Of a DNA stretch of 64,000 nt, positions 35,107 through 44,219 are shown in pieces. The DNA is taken from contig DASWHR010000027.1 of assembly GCA_036398095.1 (NCBI GenBank), positions 8,174-72,173 of the forward strand, written 5' to 3'. Position numbers and translations under genes: made by a program. The notes below the pieces were generated by a model. That model did not search any database and had not been told where the DNA came from. It worked only from the letters and a program-made list of their open reading frames with translations. Numbering within the stretch: position 1 is the first letter of the stretch; every line of letters begins with the position of its first letter. This stretch comes from Actinomycetota bacterium (GTDB lineage Bacteria; Actinomycetota; AC-67).

Positions 35107-35698
35107 GGTTCGGCTCCAGTTGCCGGCGCATCGCGTCCCGGGCGCGTTGGAGCAGCGACTGGATCTGCACGCGCGGCCGCCCGACTTCGGCGGCGATCTG
35201 CTCGACGGAGTACTCGTCGAGATACTTCAGCACGAGCACCTGCCGGTGCAACGGAGCAAGGTTCCCGAGCGCGCGCAAGACCTCGTCGCGGATGTCGATG
35301 ACGACGTGCGGCTCATAGGGCCGCGGCGCCGGCTGGTTGGCGACCGCCGTCTGCTTTCGTTCGCGCTCCCAGTGACGAGCGATCCGGCGGCGGGCGATGG
35401 TGCACAGCCATGTGTTGAGCGCCGCCTCCCCTCGGAACGAGTCGGCGGAGCGCACTCCTTCGATGAGCGTCTCTTGCATGATGTCCTCGGCGATGTCCTC
35501 ATTCCCTCCGACACGGGCAAGCACGAATCCGTACACAGAAGGAAGATGCTCATCCATCAGCGTCCGGACTGAGTCCGGGTCGCCGGCGGCTACGGCACGC
35601 AACAGATCGGCCTCCCGAGAAGCTGATCCGACCAATTCCATGCGTTCCCCCGTAGCTTCGTGGTCGTCCGAGGACGAAATCAACCGGTGTGTCGCCAT
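35099..35698 (-). CDS. ECF-type sigma-70 family sigma factor
   Basis: Region 2 (LMDEHLPSVYGFVLARVGGNEDIAEDIMQETLIEG) and region 4 (HRQVLVLKYLDEYSVEQIAAEVGRPRVQIQSLLQRARDAM). Start is ATG 35698 or 35641. The listed ORF extends further as noise. Confidence 0.85.
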   Translation of the reverse strand: MATHRLISSSDDHEATGERMELVGSASREADLLRAVAAGDPDSVRTLMDEHLPSVYGFVLARVGGNEDIAEDIMQETLIEGVRSADSFRGEAALNTWLCTIARRRIARHWERERKQTAVANQPAPRPYEPHVVIDIRDEVLRALGNLAPLHRQVLVLKYLDEYSVEQIAAEVGRPRVQIQSLLQRARDAMRRQLEPNRG

Positions 35699-35830
35699 TC
35701 CAGCAAACCTCTCGCCGTTGTGCCAGGAAAGGTTCGGCCCGCCGTTCTGGTTTTCCTGTTGATACAGACGTGAACCTGCCCGGCCGGCGGAGTATTTTTT
35801 GGCCGGGAAATGTCGCACCGCGCCCGCTAC

Positions 35831-35866
35831 CGCTACAATTCGGGCACGCACGGGTGGCGAGTCGGG
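35831..35866 (+). promoter_or_regulatory. candidate sigma-70-type promoter (-35 TGTCGC / -10 TACAAT) in the divergent intergenic region
   Basis: TACAAT hexamer with a 17-nt spacer from a weak -35, oriented toward the 36024 gene. This is sequence-only support. Confidence 0.3.
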
Positions 35867-36023
35867 GAGGAGCGGCAAACCGGCAGGGACGCTGCTTTCG
35901 AAATATTCCGCCATCGACTGGAACCTGAGCGGTTGATAAGAGCATCCTCATAGCACGAAGGGGCTAGAAAGCGGTAGCCCAAATGGGAGGGTGCCGCACG
36001 ATCACGGTCCGGGGGGACACAAG

Positions 36024-37385
36024 ATGAAGAAGTTGCGTTGGACTCGCCGGTTGACGGCGAGCATGGCGCTGGCGGCCGTAGCGATCGTTGCTACCGGTCC
36101 CGGGGCTTCCGCGGCAGTCGACACCTACGCCGCACAGGCCAGCGGTACCACGCTGAGCCTTTCCGTTTCTCTGCCGCTCGGCGACGTCGTCGCCGGGATT
36201 CTCGGCAACGCCGGTGTGAAGGGGAACACGATCTCCGAGCGGATCTCCTTCTCGAACGCCACCGCCGACGTCACCTCGACGCAGTCGAAGGGTTCGGCGC
36301 TCGGTCAGGTGTTCTTCGGAACGCTCGACCCGGTCATCCTTCAGGTCTCGCGCCTGGTGGGCTACTCGAAGGACAAGCTGCCGGAGGTCTCCTCCAGCGT
36401 GACCAGCGCATCGGCCGACGGTGTCGCCGACAGCAAGAAGGACGCAATCGCGGCGGTTGACATCGGCCCGATCCACGTTGGCGTCGGTGAGGTCGAGTCC
36501 ACGGCCAAGCGTGCCGGTCGCCTCGTCTCGACGAAGTCGGCCGCTCGCCTGCTGGGCATCAAGGTCGACCTGGCGTCCGTCTTGAGCGAGGGCGCGATCG
36601 CGGACCTGCTCAAGCCGGTGACCGACCTGCTCGACGGCACAGGCAGCCAGCCCGGTCTGATCGACCAGCTCAACGGCTTGCTCGACGGCGTCGAGGACAC
36701 CCTCAAGGGTGCCGGCCTCGACGTGGACCTGACGATCCCGGCGATCAAGGACCTGCTGTCCAAGCCGCTCGTCAACGTGGGCATCATCGAGTCGGTTAGC
36801 GAGACGGGCTTCAACGGCGCGTCGCGCTTCGCCAAGGGCGTCACCCGCCTGGCGAACGTCGACTTGCTCGGTGGCTTCATCCACCTCGACGCGATCAACA
36901 TCGAGTCGTTCGCGTCGATCGACGGCACGGCCACGGGCGCACTCGCCTCAGGCATCCAGCGCATCGTCGGCCTGAAGGTCGGCGGCAACATCGTCAACCT
37001 GAACACCGGCTCGCTGCAGGTGCTCGGCAAGACGATCCAGATGCCGGTGGACCTGGCGCAGTTGCTCAACGTGACGGTGGACGCGCTCGGCCTGAAGGTT
37101 CAGGTCGCGCAGAAGCCCGAGATCGTCCGCACCGCCACGCACGCTCGTGCCGCGACGTCGTCGCTGCACGTCGGTCTGGCTCCGAAGCTCCTCTCGGGCG
37201 CGCCGCTGTTCTCGATCGCGCTCGACGGTCCGGCTTCGGTCGCGGATGTCCGCGGCGGAAACGTCCTGGGCGTCAAGGAAGTTCGCATCCCCACGACGGG
37301 TGTGAGCGACACCGCGATGCTGCTGGTCGGCATGATGCTGGTCGGTCTTGCCATCGGCGCTCGCAAGTTCGCGCTCAGCAAGTAA
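36024..37385 (+). CDS. large secreted surface protein with C-terminal TM anchor (non-canonical IPTTG sorting-like motif)
   Basis: GGGGGGA RBS. Signal peptide MKKLRWTRRLTASMALAAVAIVATGPGASAA. About 450 aa rich in V/L/G/K. The C-terminus is ...RIPTTGVSDTAMLLVGMMLVGLAIGARKFALSK. The gene is divergent from an ECF sigma. Confidence 0.6.
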   Translation: MKKLRWTRRLTASMALAAVAIVATGPGASAAVDTYAAQASGTTLSLSVSLPLGDVVAGILGNAGVKGNTISERISFSNATADVTSTQSKGSALGQVFFGTLDPVILQVSRLVGYSKDKLPEVSSSVTSASADGVADSKKDAIAAVDIGPIHVGVGEVESTAKRAGRLVSTKSAARLLGIKVDLASVLSEGAIADLLKPVTDLLDGTGSQPGLIDQLNGLLDGVEDTLKGAGLDVDLTIPAIKDLLSKPLVNVGIIESVSETGFNGASRFAKGVTRLANVDLLGGFIHLDAINIESFASIDGTATGALASGIQRIVGLKVGGNIVNLNTGSLQVLGKTIQMPVDLAQLLNVTVDALGLKVQVAQKPEIVRTATHARAATSSLHVGLAPKLLSGAPLFSIALDGPASVADVRGGNVLGVKEVRIPTTGVSDTAMLLVGMMLVGLAIGARKFALSK

Positions 37386-37403
37386 CGCCTCATCCGATAG
37401 ACA

Positions 37404-37431
37404 CGAAGGGCCGCCTGCGGGCGGCCCTTCG
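37404..37431. terminator. bidirectional stem-loop terminator
   Basis: GAAGGGCCGCC-tgcg-GGCGGCCCTTC forms a perfect 11-bp GC-rich stem between convergent genes ending at 37385 (+) and 37473 (-). The flanking U-tracts are weak. Confidence 0.55.
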
Positions 37432-37472
37432 TCTTACTCGGCGCCTTGTTCGGCGCCTTGCTCGGCGACAGC

Positions 37473-37808
37473 TCACTCGCGGCCGTATTTCTCCTCCCAG
37501 CGCTTCCTGCTCAGCCCCGACTTGGGGTCGTACGTGTCCCCCTGCAGGCGTCGGCGCCAGCGCGAGTGAAGCGCTTGCCGGCTCGTGCCCATCAAGAAGG
37601 CGAGGCGATCCCAAGAGAGCCCCCGGGATCGTGCTTTCCGGACGATTTTCTCCTCGAAGATCACGCTCAGGCGATTGAGCTCGCCGACCGCCTCCGCCGC
37701 CGCCCAGACATCGGCGTCGGCACGCATGATCAGGCGCGCGCACTCCGCGAGGTTGTCCCGGCAGCGAGCGATCGTCAAACCACCCGATGGATCGTGCGGA
37801 CGCGGCAT
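37473..37808 (-). CDS. small HTH-domain protein (putative transcriptional regulator)
   Basis: 111 aa. The C-terminal GLSWDRLAFLMGTSRQALHSRWRRR is helix-turn-helix-like. A 13-bp palindrome GTCTCGTCGAGAC lies just upstream of the ATG. Confidence 0.5.
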   Translation of the reverse strand: MPRPHDPSGGLTIARCRDNLAECARLIMRADADVWAAAEAVGELNRLSVIFEEKIVRKARSRGLSWDRLAFLMGTSRQALHSRWRRRLQGDTYDPKSGLSRKRWEEKYGRE

Positions 37809-37893
37809 GCGGATAGTCTCGTCGAGACACGGGCGCGTTCAAGTGCGACGAACGTCGCCGGCAGGGCAAACCCTCAACTTCTGACGGCACTCG

Positions 37894-39357
37894 TCAAGAA
37901 TCTTGACGAGTGCCGTCAATACCTGACGGCCGCCCTCGCCGTCGCCCGGGGCCGGTCATGCCCTTCAGATCCAGCGCCTCGTCCAGCTCCTTCTCCGGAA
38001 GCACCTTGCGCTCTAACGCGACCTGCCGGATCGACTTGCCGGTCGTGAACGCTTCCTTGCTGATCTCGGCCGACAGGTCGTAGCCGATGGCCGGGACCAG
38101 CGCCGTCACGATCGGGAAGGTCTGCTCGGCCAGGTGCAGGGCACGTTCGCGGTCGGGTTCGAGCCCGTCGATGCACTTGTCGACGAACAGGCCGGCGGCC
38201 GACGACAACAGCTCGATCGACTCGAGCAGGTTGCGGGCGATCATCGGCATGAAGACGTTTAGCTCGAAATGGCCTTGCATGCCGCCGGCGACGATGGCGG
38301 CGTCGTTGCCGATCACCTGCGCGGCGACTTGCGTGACGACTTCGGGGATCACCGGGTTGATCTTGCCCGGCATGATCGACGAGCCGGGTTGCAGCTCGGG
38401 CAGCTTCAGCTCGCCCAGGCCGGCGCGCGGACCCGAGCCCATCCAGCGGATGTCGCTTGCGATCTTCATCAGCGACACGGCGATGGTGCGGAGCTGGCCG
38501 CTGGTTTCGACGCAGGCATCCTTCGCGCCTTGCGCCTCGAAATGGTTCTCGGCTTCGCGCACCGCAAGTCCGGAGCGTTCGGCCAGAATGGCGATCGCGC
38601 GCGCAGCGAACCGCTCGTCGGCGTTGATGCCGGTGCCGACGGCTGTGCCGCCCAGCGCCAGCTCGCCGAGCCGCGCGGTGGCGTCTTCGAGCCGGTCGAT
38701 GCCGCGGCGGATCTGCATCGCGTAGCCGGAGAACTCCTGTCCGAACGTGATCGGCGTTGCGTCCATCAGATGGGTCCGACCGGTCTTGATGTCGCCGGCC
38801 CACGCAGCCGCTTTCTCGTCGAGCGCGCCGCGAAGGCGCTGCAGCGCAGGGATCAGGTCGAAGGCGATGCCGGCGAGCGCCGCCACGTGGATCGCGGTCG
38901 GGATCACGTCGTTGGACGACTGGCCGCTGTTGACGTGGTCGTTGGGATGGACGAGCTTGGACCCGCGGTTTCCGCCGGCGATCTCGCTCGCGCGGTTGGC
39001 GATCACCTCGTTGGCATTCATGTTGGTCGAGGTGCCGGATCCGGTCTGAAAGATGTCGAGCACGAAATGCTCGTCGAGCGTCCCGGCGACGACCTCGTCG
39101 CACGCCGCTTTGATCGCGTCCGCGGTCTTCGCCTCGAGCAGCCCGAGTTCTGCGTTTACCGCGGCGGCGGCCCACTTGATCTGCCCGAGTGCTTCGATGA
39201 AACGGCGCGGGAATCGCCGTCCCGACACGGGAAAGTTCTCCACGGCGCGCTGCGTGGATGCGCCCCAGTAGGCATGCGCGGGGACGCGCACCTCGCCCAT
39301 CGAGTCCTTCTCGGTTCGGTCCTTGCTCACGGTCGATCCCTTCCTCGCCTCGATCAC
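37894..39357 (-). CDS. fumC: class II fumarate hydratase
   Basis: GSSIMPGKINP signature. N-terminal DSMGEVRVPAHAYWGASTQRAVENFPVSG. 487 aa. The GTG start is at 39357. Confidence 0.95.
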   Translation of the reverse strand: MIEARKGSTVSKDRTEKDSMGEVRVPAHAYWGASTQRAVENFPVSGRRFPRRFIEALGQIKWAAAAVNAELGLLEAKTADAIKAACDEVVAGTLDEHFVLDIFQTGSGTSTNMNANEVIANRASEIAGGNRGSKLVHPNDHVNSGQSSNDVIPTAIHVAALAGIAFDLIPALQRLRGALDEKAAAWAGDIKTGRTHLMDATPITFGQEFSGYAMQIRRGIDRLEDATARLGELALGGTAVGTGINADERFAARAIAILAERSGLAVREAENHFEAQGAKDACVETSGQLRTIAVSLMKIASDIRWMGSGPRAGLGELKLPELQPGSSIMPGKINPVIPEVVTQVAAQVIGNDAAIVAGGMQGHFELNVFMPMIARNLLESIELLSSAAGLFVDKCIDGLEPDRERALHLAEQTFPIVTALVPAIGYDLSAEISKEAFTTGKSIRQVALERKVLPEKELDEALDLKGMTGPGRRRGRPSGIDGTRQDS

Positions 39358-39492
39358 CTGAGTCTATTGATGACGGCCGCCCGCGGCCGAATCGGGACAA
39401 CGCGGAGGCAAATCCGGGAATCCGGCCGAAGCGGAATCGCGTGGGCGAGGGGCGCGGCGGTGCCGCGGCGAACCCCTGTGCGAGGGGGTGCG

Positions 39493-40245
39493 ATGCGATC
39501 CAGGGCTCGTTTCATGATTCCGTTGATGCTGCTCGCGGTGATGGGGCTGGCGCCGCTGCCGTCCCACGCCGTGACGCAGATGTTCATCATGAACGACGTC
39601 AATTCCAGTCTGGACGTCTACCAGCCGGCCTACACCCCCACGAGCGCGCTGCTTGCGCCCGGGACGGAGGTCAAGTGGCGAAACGACGACTTCGGGTCGC
39701 GATCGATTCATACAGCCACGGCCTATTACGGCGCGGCCTTCGCGTCGTCGGCCGTCGATCCCGGCGCCACGTTTACCACCACCTACGCGGGCGGAACCGC
39801 CCTGTTTCGATGCCTGTACCACTCGTCGCTCGATATGACCCTCACCCCGCCGGCGTGTAGCGGCATGTGCGGCGCGCTGCACGACGCCACCCAGGATCTG
39901 GCGCCGCCCACGGTGTCGATCACGACCAGTGACGGATTCGTCTTCACCGGCGGCGTCCGCATCGACGGGGTCGCCTCCGACGATCGGGCGGTCAAGACGA
40001 TCGCGATCACGTTCCGTCCGATCGCCGAAGTCCCGACCGTTCTTCCCGCCAAGAGCGTCGTCGCGCAGTGTGCCGGATGCGACGGCCCGTCCGCGAAGTG
40101 GAAGACGTTTCAAGATCCGGGCGTGAAAGGGCAGGCGCCGTTCTTGACGATGCCGCCGGGTCCATACCGCGTCGAGGCGATCGCGACCGATCCGCACGGC
40201 AACACCGGCTCCGCGCAGCCGATCACCATCTACGTACTCACCTAG
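39493..40245 (+). CDS. secreted cupredoxin-like protein with additional C-terminal beta domain
   Basis: GAGGGGG RBS. Signal peptide MRSRARFMIPLMLLAVMGLAPLPSHA. Candidate type-1 Cu ligands are H (RSIHTA), C-x2-H-x4-M (ALFRCLYHSSLDM). Trimmed from the long listed ORF. Confidence 0.55.
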   Translation: MRSRARFMIPLMLLAVMGLAPLPSHAVTQMFIMNDVNSSLDVYQPAYTPTSALLAPGTEVKWRNDDFGSRSIHTATAYYGAAFASSAVDPGATFTTTYAGGTALFRCLYHSSLDMTLTPPACSGMCGALHDATQDLAPPTVSITTSDGFVFTGGVRIDGVASDDRAVKTIAITFRPIAEVPTVLPAKSVVAQCAGCDGPSAKWKTFQDPGVKGQAPFLTMPPGPYRVEAIATDPHGNTGSAQPITIYVLT

Positions 40246-40288
40246 CGCTGTTGCTCGCCGCTCGATGCGGCCGATACGCTCGCCGTCC

Positions 40289-42229
40289 ATGAGCGACTAC
40301 GCCTGGACGCCGACACCCGCCTATGCCGACGCTGCGCGCGTCACGCGCCTGATGCGCGCTCACGGAATCGACGACTATCGCGAGCTGGTTCGCCGCTCGA
40401 ACGACGATCCGGCGTGGTTCTGGGATGCCGCCGTCAAAGATCTCGGCATCGAGTTCTTCACGCCGTATGCCCGCGTCTACGACGATGCGCGCGGTATCGC
40501 GTGGACGACCTGGTTCGACGGCGGGACGGTGAACCTGACCTACAACTGCGTGGACAAGCAGGATCCGTCGGCGCGCGCGATCGTGTGGGAGGGCGAGGAC
40601 GGAGCCGTTCGCACGCTCACCTTCGCCGACCTCCGCCGCGAGGTCGATCGCGTCGCGCGCGGGTTGCTGGCGCTGGGGATCGGCCAAGGAGACCGCGTCG
40701 CGATCCAGATGCCGATGGTCCCCGAGAACGCGATCGCGCTCTACGCGTGCGCCAAGATCGGCGCGGTGGTGCTTCCGATCTTCTCCGGCTTCGCGGCATC
40801 GGCGGTCGCGACGCGTCTGCAGGACGCCGGCGCGGTGGCGCTCGTCACGGCCGACGGATTTTTTCGCCGCGGTTCGGTCGTGCCGCTGAAAGAGACGGCC
40901 GATGAGGCGGCCGCCGCCTCGCCCACGGTCGGGCACGTCATCGTGTTCCGACGGATCGGGCGCGACATTCCCTGGACCGACGGCCGCGACGTCGAATGGG
41001 ACTCGCTCGGCCCCGGCGAGCCGTTGGACGCCCCGGCGCTGGATCCCGAGCATCCGCTCATGATCGCCTACACGTCGGGCACGACCGGCAAGCCGAAAGG
41101 CGCCGTGCACGTGCACGGCGGCTTCCTGGTCAAGATCGCCGAAGAAGCTGCGTATCAGACCGATCTAGGTCCGGGCGATCTGCTGTTCTGGTTCACCGAC
41201 ATGGGCTGGATCATGGGGCCGTGGGAGCTGATCGGCGCGAACGCCAACGGCGCTGCCGTGTTGTTCTACGAGGGCGCGCCCGACTATCCGGCACCCGACC
41301 GCATCTGGCGGATCGTCGAGCGGCATCGCGTCACGGCGCTGGGTATGTCGCCGACGGGGATCCGGGCGCTGATCCCGCACGGCGATGAGATGGCGCGTTC
41401 GCGCGACCTGTCGTCGCTGCGGATTCTTGCCTCCACCGGCGAGCCGTGGAATCCCGATCCGTGGCGCTGGTACTTCGAGATCGTCGGCGGCGGCCGTTGT
41501 CCGATCATCAACTTGAGCGGCGGCACCGAGGTGGGGGCGTGCTTCCTTTCGCCTTCGGTGCTCACGCCGCTGCGGCCGTGCACGCTCGGTGGGCCGTCGC
41601 TCGGCATGGCGATCGACGTCTACGACCCCGACGGCAAGCCGATGGGTCCCGGCGAGGTCGGCGAACTGGTCTGCACGAAACCGTGGCCGGGGATGACGCG
41701 CGGCATCTGGAACGATCCCGATCGCTACATCGCCGCGTACTGGTCGCGGTGGCCCGATGTGTGGGTGCACGGCGATTGGGCATCGACCGACGCCGACGGC
41801 TTCTGGTATCTGCACGGCCGCAGTGACGACACGCTCAAGATCGCCGGCAAGCGGCTCGGTCCGGCCGAGGTCGAGTCGATCCTGGTCGAGCATCCGGCCG
41901 TCGCGGAAAGTGCCGCCGTCGGTGTGCCCGACGAGGTCAAAGGCGAGAAGGTCTGGTGCTTCGTGGTGCTCAGGCCCGGCGTCGCCGGCGATGCGGCGCT
42001 TGCCGCGACGCTGCGAACGATGGTGGCCGACGGGCTGGGCAAGGCGTTCCGGCCCGACGCGGTTCGCTTCGTGAATGCGTTGCCCAAGACCCGCAGCGCC
42101 AAGATCTTGCGCCGCGCGGTCCGCGCCGCGGCGCTCGGCGAAGACCCCGGCGACCTGTCCAGCCTGGAAAACCCCGCCGCCCTCGACGAGATTCGGTCGA
42201 CCAGGGAAGAAGACTCTCGAAGCGTTTAG
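40289..42229 (+). CDS. AMP-forming acetyl-CoA synthetase family (acetate/propionate--CoA ligase-like)
   Basis: AMP-binding motif IAYTSGTTGKPKGAVH. The N-terminal region is Acs-like. C-terminal KIAGKRLGPAEVES. Trimmed to the ATG at 40289. Confidence 0.85.
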   Translation: MSDYAWTPTPAYADAARVTRLMRAHGIDDYRELVRRSNDDPAWFWDAAVKDLGIEFFTPYARVYDDARGIAWTTWFDGGTVNLTYNCVDKQDPSARAIVWEGEDGAVRTLTFADLRREVDRVARGLLALGIGQGDRVAIQMPMVPENAIALYACAKIGAVVLPIFSGFAASAVATRLQDAGAVALVTADGFFRRGSVVPLKETADEAAAASPTVGHVIVFRRIGRDIPWTDGRDVEWDSLGPGEPLDAPALDPEHPLMIAYTSGTTGKPKGAVHVHGGFLVKIAEEAAYQTDLGPGDLLFWFTDMGWIMGPWELIGANANGAAVLFYEGAPDYPAPDRIWRIVERHRVTALGMSPTGIRALIPHGDEMARSRDLSSLRILASTGEPWNPDPWRWYFEIVGGGRCPIINLSGGTEVGACFLSPSVLTPLRPCTLGGPSLGMAIDVYDPDGKPMGPGEVGELVCTKPWPGMTRGIWNDPDRYIAAYWSRWPDVWVHGDWASTDADGFWYLHGRSDDTLKIAGKRLGPAEVESILVEHPAVAESAAVGVPDEVKGEKVWCFVVLRPGVAGDAALAATLRTMVADGLGKAFRPDAVRFVNALPKTRSAKILRRAVRAAALGEDPGDLSSLENPAALDEIRSTREEDSRSV

Positions 42230-42340
42230 GAGGGTGCTGAAAAAGTGAGTGTCTGCATGCAAGCCCTCCCGACGTTAGCCCTCCGACCTTGGGCTGATTG
42301 AAGTCCGACCAGGCACGGGTCGGTCTTTTTCAGCACCCTC
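42227..42340. repeat. ~115-bp element bounded by perfect 17-bp inverted repeats (GGAGGGTGCTGAAAAAG ... CTTTTTCAGCACCCTCC)
   Basis: Seen directly in the sequence. The arms start at the acs stop codon and end at the stop of the PPOX-like gene. Internal sub-hairpins are AGCCC..GGGCT and CCGAC-caggcacgg-GTCGG followed by TCTTTTT. Confidence 0.6.
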
Positions 42341-42754
42341 CTAGGGAGTGTGGGACCAGTCGGTCCAGGCGGTGGCGTCGATCGCCACGATGGCCGGCGG
42401 CGGGGGATCGTCGGCCAGTTGCGGGTACTTGTCGCGCAGCGCCGCGTCGGCGCGCTCGTATTCCTCGCCGCGCTCCAGAATCCGGCCGCGGCCTCGGATC
42501 CGGACCCACCACGCGTTCTCCCAGGCTTCCTCGTAGTGGTCCACGATCACGATGCAGTCGGGCCGGACGCGCAGGTTCTCGACGCGGCGGAGGCTGGTCG
42601 TGGTCTTGGGTTTGTGGTCGACCGGAGAGTAGATCGTGTCCCCGATCAGCGCGTAGCAGAATGGAACCAGGTTCGGCCGGCCGTCGGGATCGATGGTGGC
42701 GAGCCGGGCGACGCGGCCGTCGGCGACGCGGCGACGTGCGCGATCCGGCGTCAT
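42341..42754 (-). CDS. PPOX-class (pyridoxamine 5'-phosphate oxidase-like) probable F420-dependent enzyme
   Basis: About 137 aa, MTPDRARRRVADGRVARLATIDPDGRPNLVPFCYALIGDTIYSPVDHKP... The ATG at 42754 overlaps the TGA of the upstream gene (ATGA). Confidence 0.65.
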   Translation of the reverse strand: MTPDRARRRVADGRVARLATIDPDGRPNLVPFCYALIGDTIYSPVDHKPKTTTSLRRVENLRVRPDCIVIVDHYEEAWENAWWVRIRGRGRILERGEEYERADAALRDKYPQLADDPPPPAIVAIDATAWTDWSHTP

Positions 42755-44001
42755 GAGGTGATCTGCATGATCAAGCCGTCGTGGGTGACCACGAACACTT
42801 CGCCGGCGGCGTTTTCGCCGAGCGACACGACCGACTTGTTCGTGCGCGACACGATCCGGCTGGGTGCGCTGCCGTCGCGCGCATCGGTGGCCGACAGCGC
42901 GCGGACGAAGCCCGAGCATGCATCGCTGTAGAAGTAGAAGCCGCGCAGCTTCGGCGAGGCGGCGCCCCGATAGACGTAGCCGCCGGTAACGGCGCAATCG
43001 CCCTGGCTCTGATCGTATTGCGCGACCGGCAGCGTGAGGCCGCTCCGGTTGCACGAGGATGCGTTGAAGCAGGAGCGGCCCTCCATGATTCGCCAGCCGA
43101 AGTTCTTCCCGCCGCGCAGGGGGGCCGGTTCGAAGTCGACCTCCTCGAGCCGGTTCTGGCCGACATCGCCGATCCACAGATCCCCGGTCTGCCGGTCGAT
43201 CGAGATCCGCCACGGATTGCGAAGCCCGTAGTCGAAGATCTCGGCGCGCGCATCGGAGCGGCCGCGGAACGGGTTGCTCGGCGGGATTCCGTACGGCGAC
43301 CCGCTGTTGACGTCGATCCGCAAGATCTTTCCCAGCAGCGTCGTCAGCTTCTGGCCGTTGTTCTGCGGATCGCCGCCGCTGCCGCCGTCGCCCGTGGCGA
43401 TCAGCAGCATCCCGGTCTTGTCGAATACCAGCGCGCCTCCGTTGTGGTTCGCGTAGGGCTGATCGATGCGCAGCAAGACCATCTCCGATCCGGCGTTCGC
43501 GCTGCCGGCGTTTCCGGAGAACTCGCTAATACGGCTATCGCCGCTCGTGTTGGTGTAGTTGACGAACAGCCGGCCGTTGGATGCGAAGTTCGGATGGAAC
43601 GCCAAGCCGAGCAGGCCGCGCTCGCCGCCCGACCCGATCCGGCCGCGAATGTCCAGATACACCTGCGGCGAGGCGCCGGGCTCGATCCGCATGATCCGGC
43701 CGGCTTGCTCGATGGCATACAGCGTCGCATCGCCCGCGTGGGTGACGCCCACCGGCGAATCCAGTCCCGAAGCGACCGTCCGCAACCTGATGCTCAGATT
43801 CGAAAGCGTCGTCGCCGGTGGCGCAGGCGACGCGCTTCGCGCGGTGGGCGGGGTCGGCGACGGCGACGGCGACGGCGTCGGCGAAGGACTGGGCGATGGC
43901 GGTGAGGGCGATTCGCTCGCGGTGGGTCGCGTGACGGGTGAGCCGGACGAGCAGGCGGCAAGGCCCAGCAGCAGGGCGCACAGTGCGGCGATTCCTCGCA
44001 T
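42751..44001 (-). CDS. PQQ-dependent sugar dehydrogenase (soluble aldose/sorbosone dehydrogenase family) lipoprotein
   Basis: Lipobox LGLAACSSG, then a Pro/Ser linker. The beta-propeller signature includes RGLLGLAFHPNF and GGALVFDKTGMLLIATGDGG. Confidence 0.8.
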   Translation of the reverse strand: MRGIAALCALLLGLAACSSGSPVTRPTASESPSPPSPSPSPTPSPSPSPTPPTARSASPAPPATTLSNLSIRLRTVASGLDSPVGVTHAGDATLYAIEQAGRIMRIEPGASPQVYLDIRGRIGSGGERGLLGLAFHPNFASNGRLFVNYTNTSGDSRISEFSGNAGSANAGSEMVLLRIDQPYANHNGGALVFDKTGMLLIATGDGGSGGDPQNNGQKLTTLLGKILRIDVNSGSPYGIPPSNPFRGRSDARAEIFDYGLRNPWRISIDRQTGDLWIGDVGQNRLEEVDFEPAPLRGGKNFGWRIMEGRSCFNASSCNRSGLTLPVAQYDQSQGDCAVTGGYVYRGAASPKLRGFYFYSDACSGFVRALSATDARDGSAPSRIVSRTNKSVVSLGENAAGEVFVVTHDGLIMQITS

Positions 44002-44219
44002 CCACCGCAGCCTAATCGCTCATATTTCGGCTCGCCCGAGGTTCCGAGAGTTTCGATTTCTCCGCTTCCGAAGGAACGTCGAACCGCGATCGCGAATCGT
44101 TGAGCAGTCGAACGCAGGGAATGAGCCGTCCGGAGCAAAGAGGGGATGCTCCGGCCGGCCGTCCCCGCGGGGGCGAACCGGACAGATGGTTCACTAAGGA
44201 AATAGTGTCCGAAGGAAAT

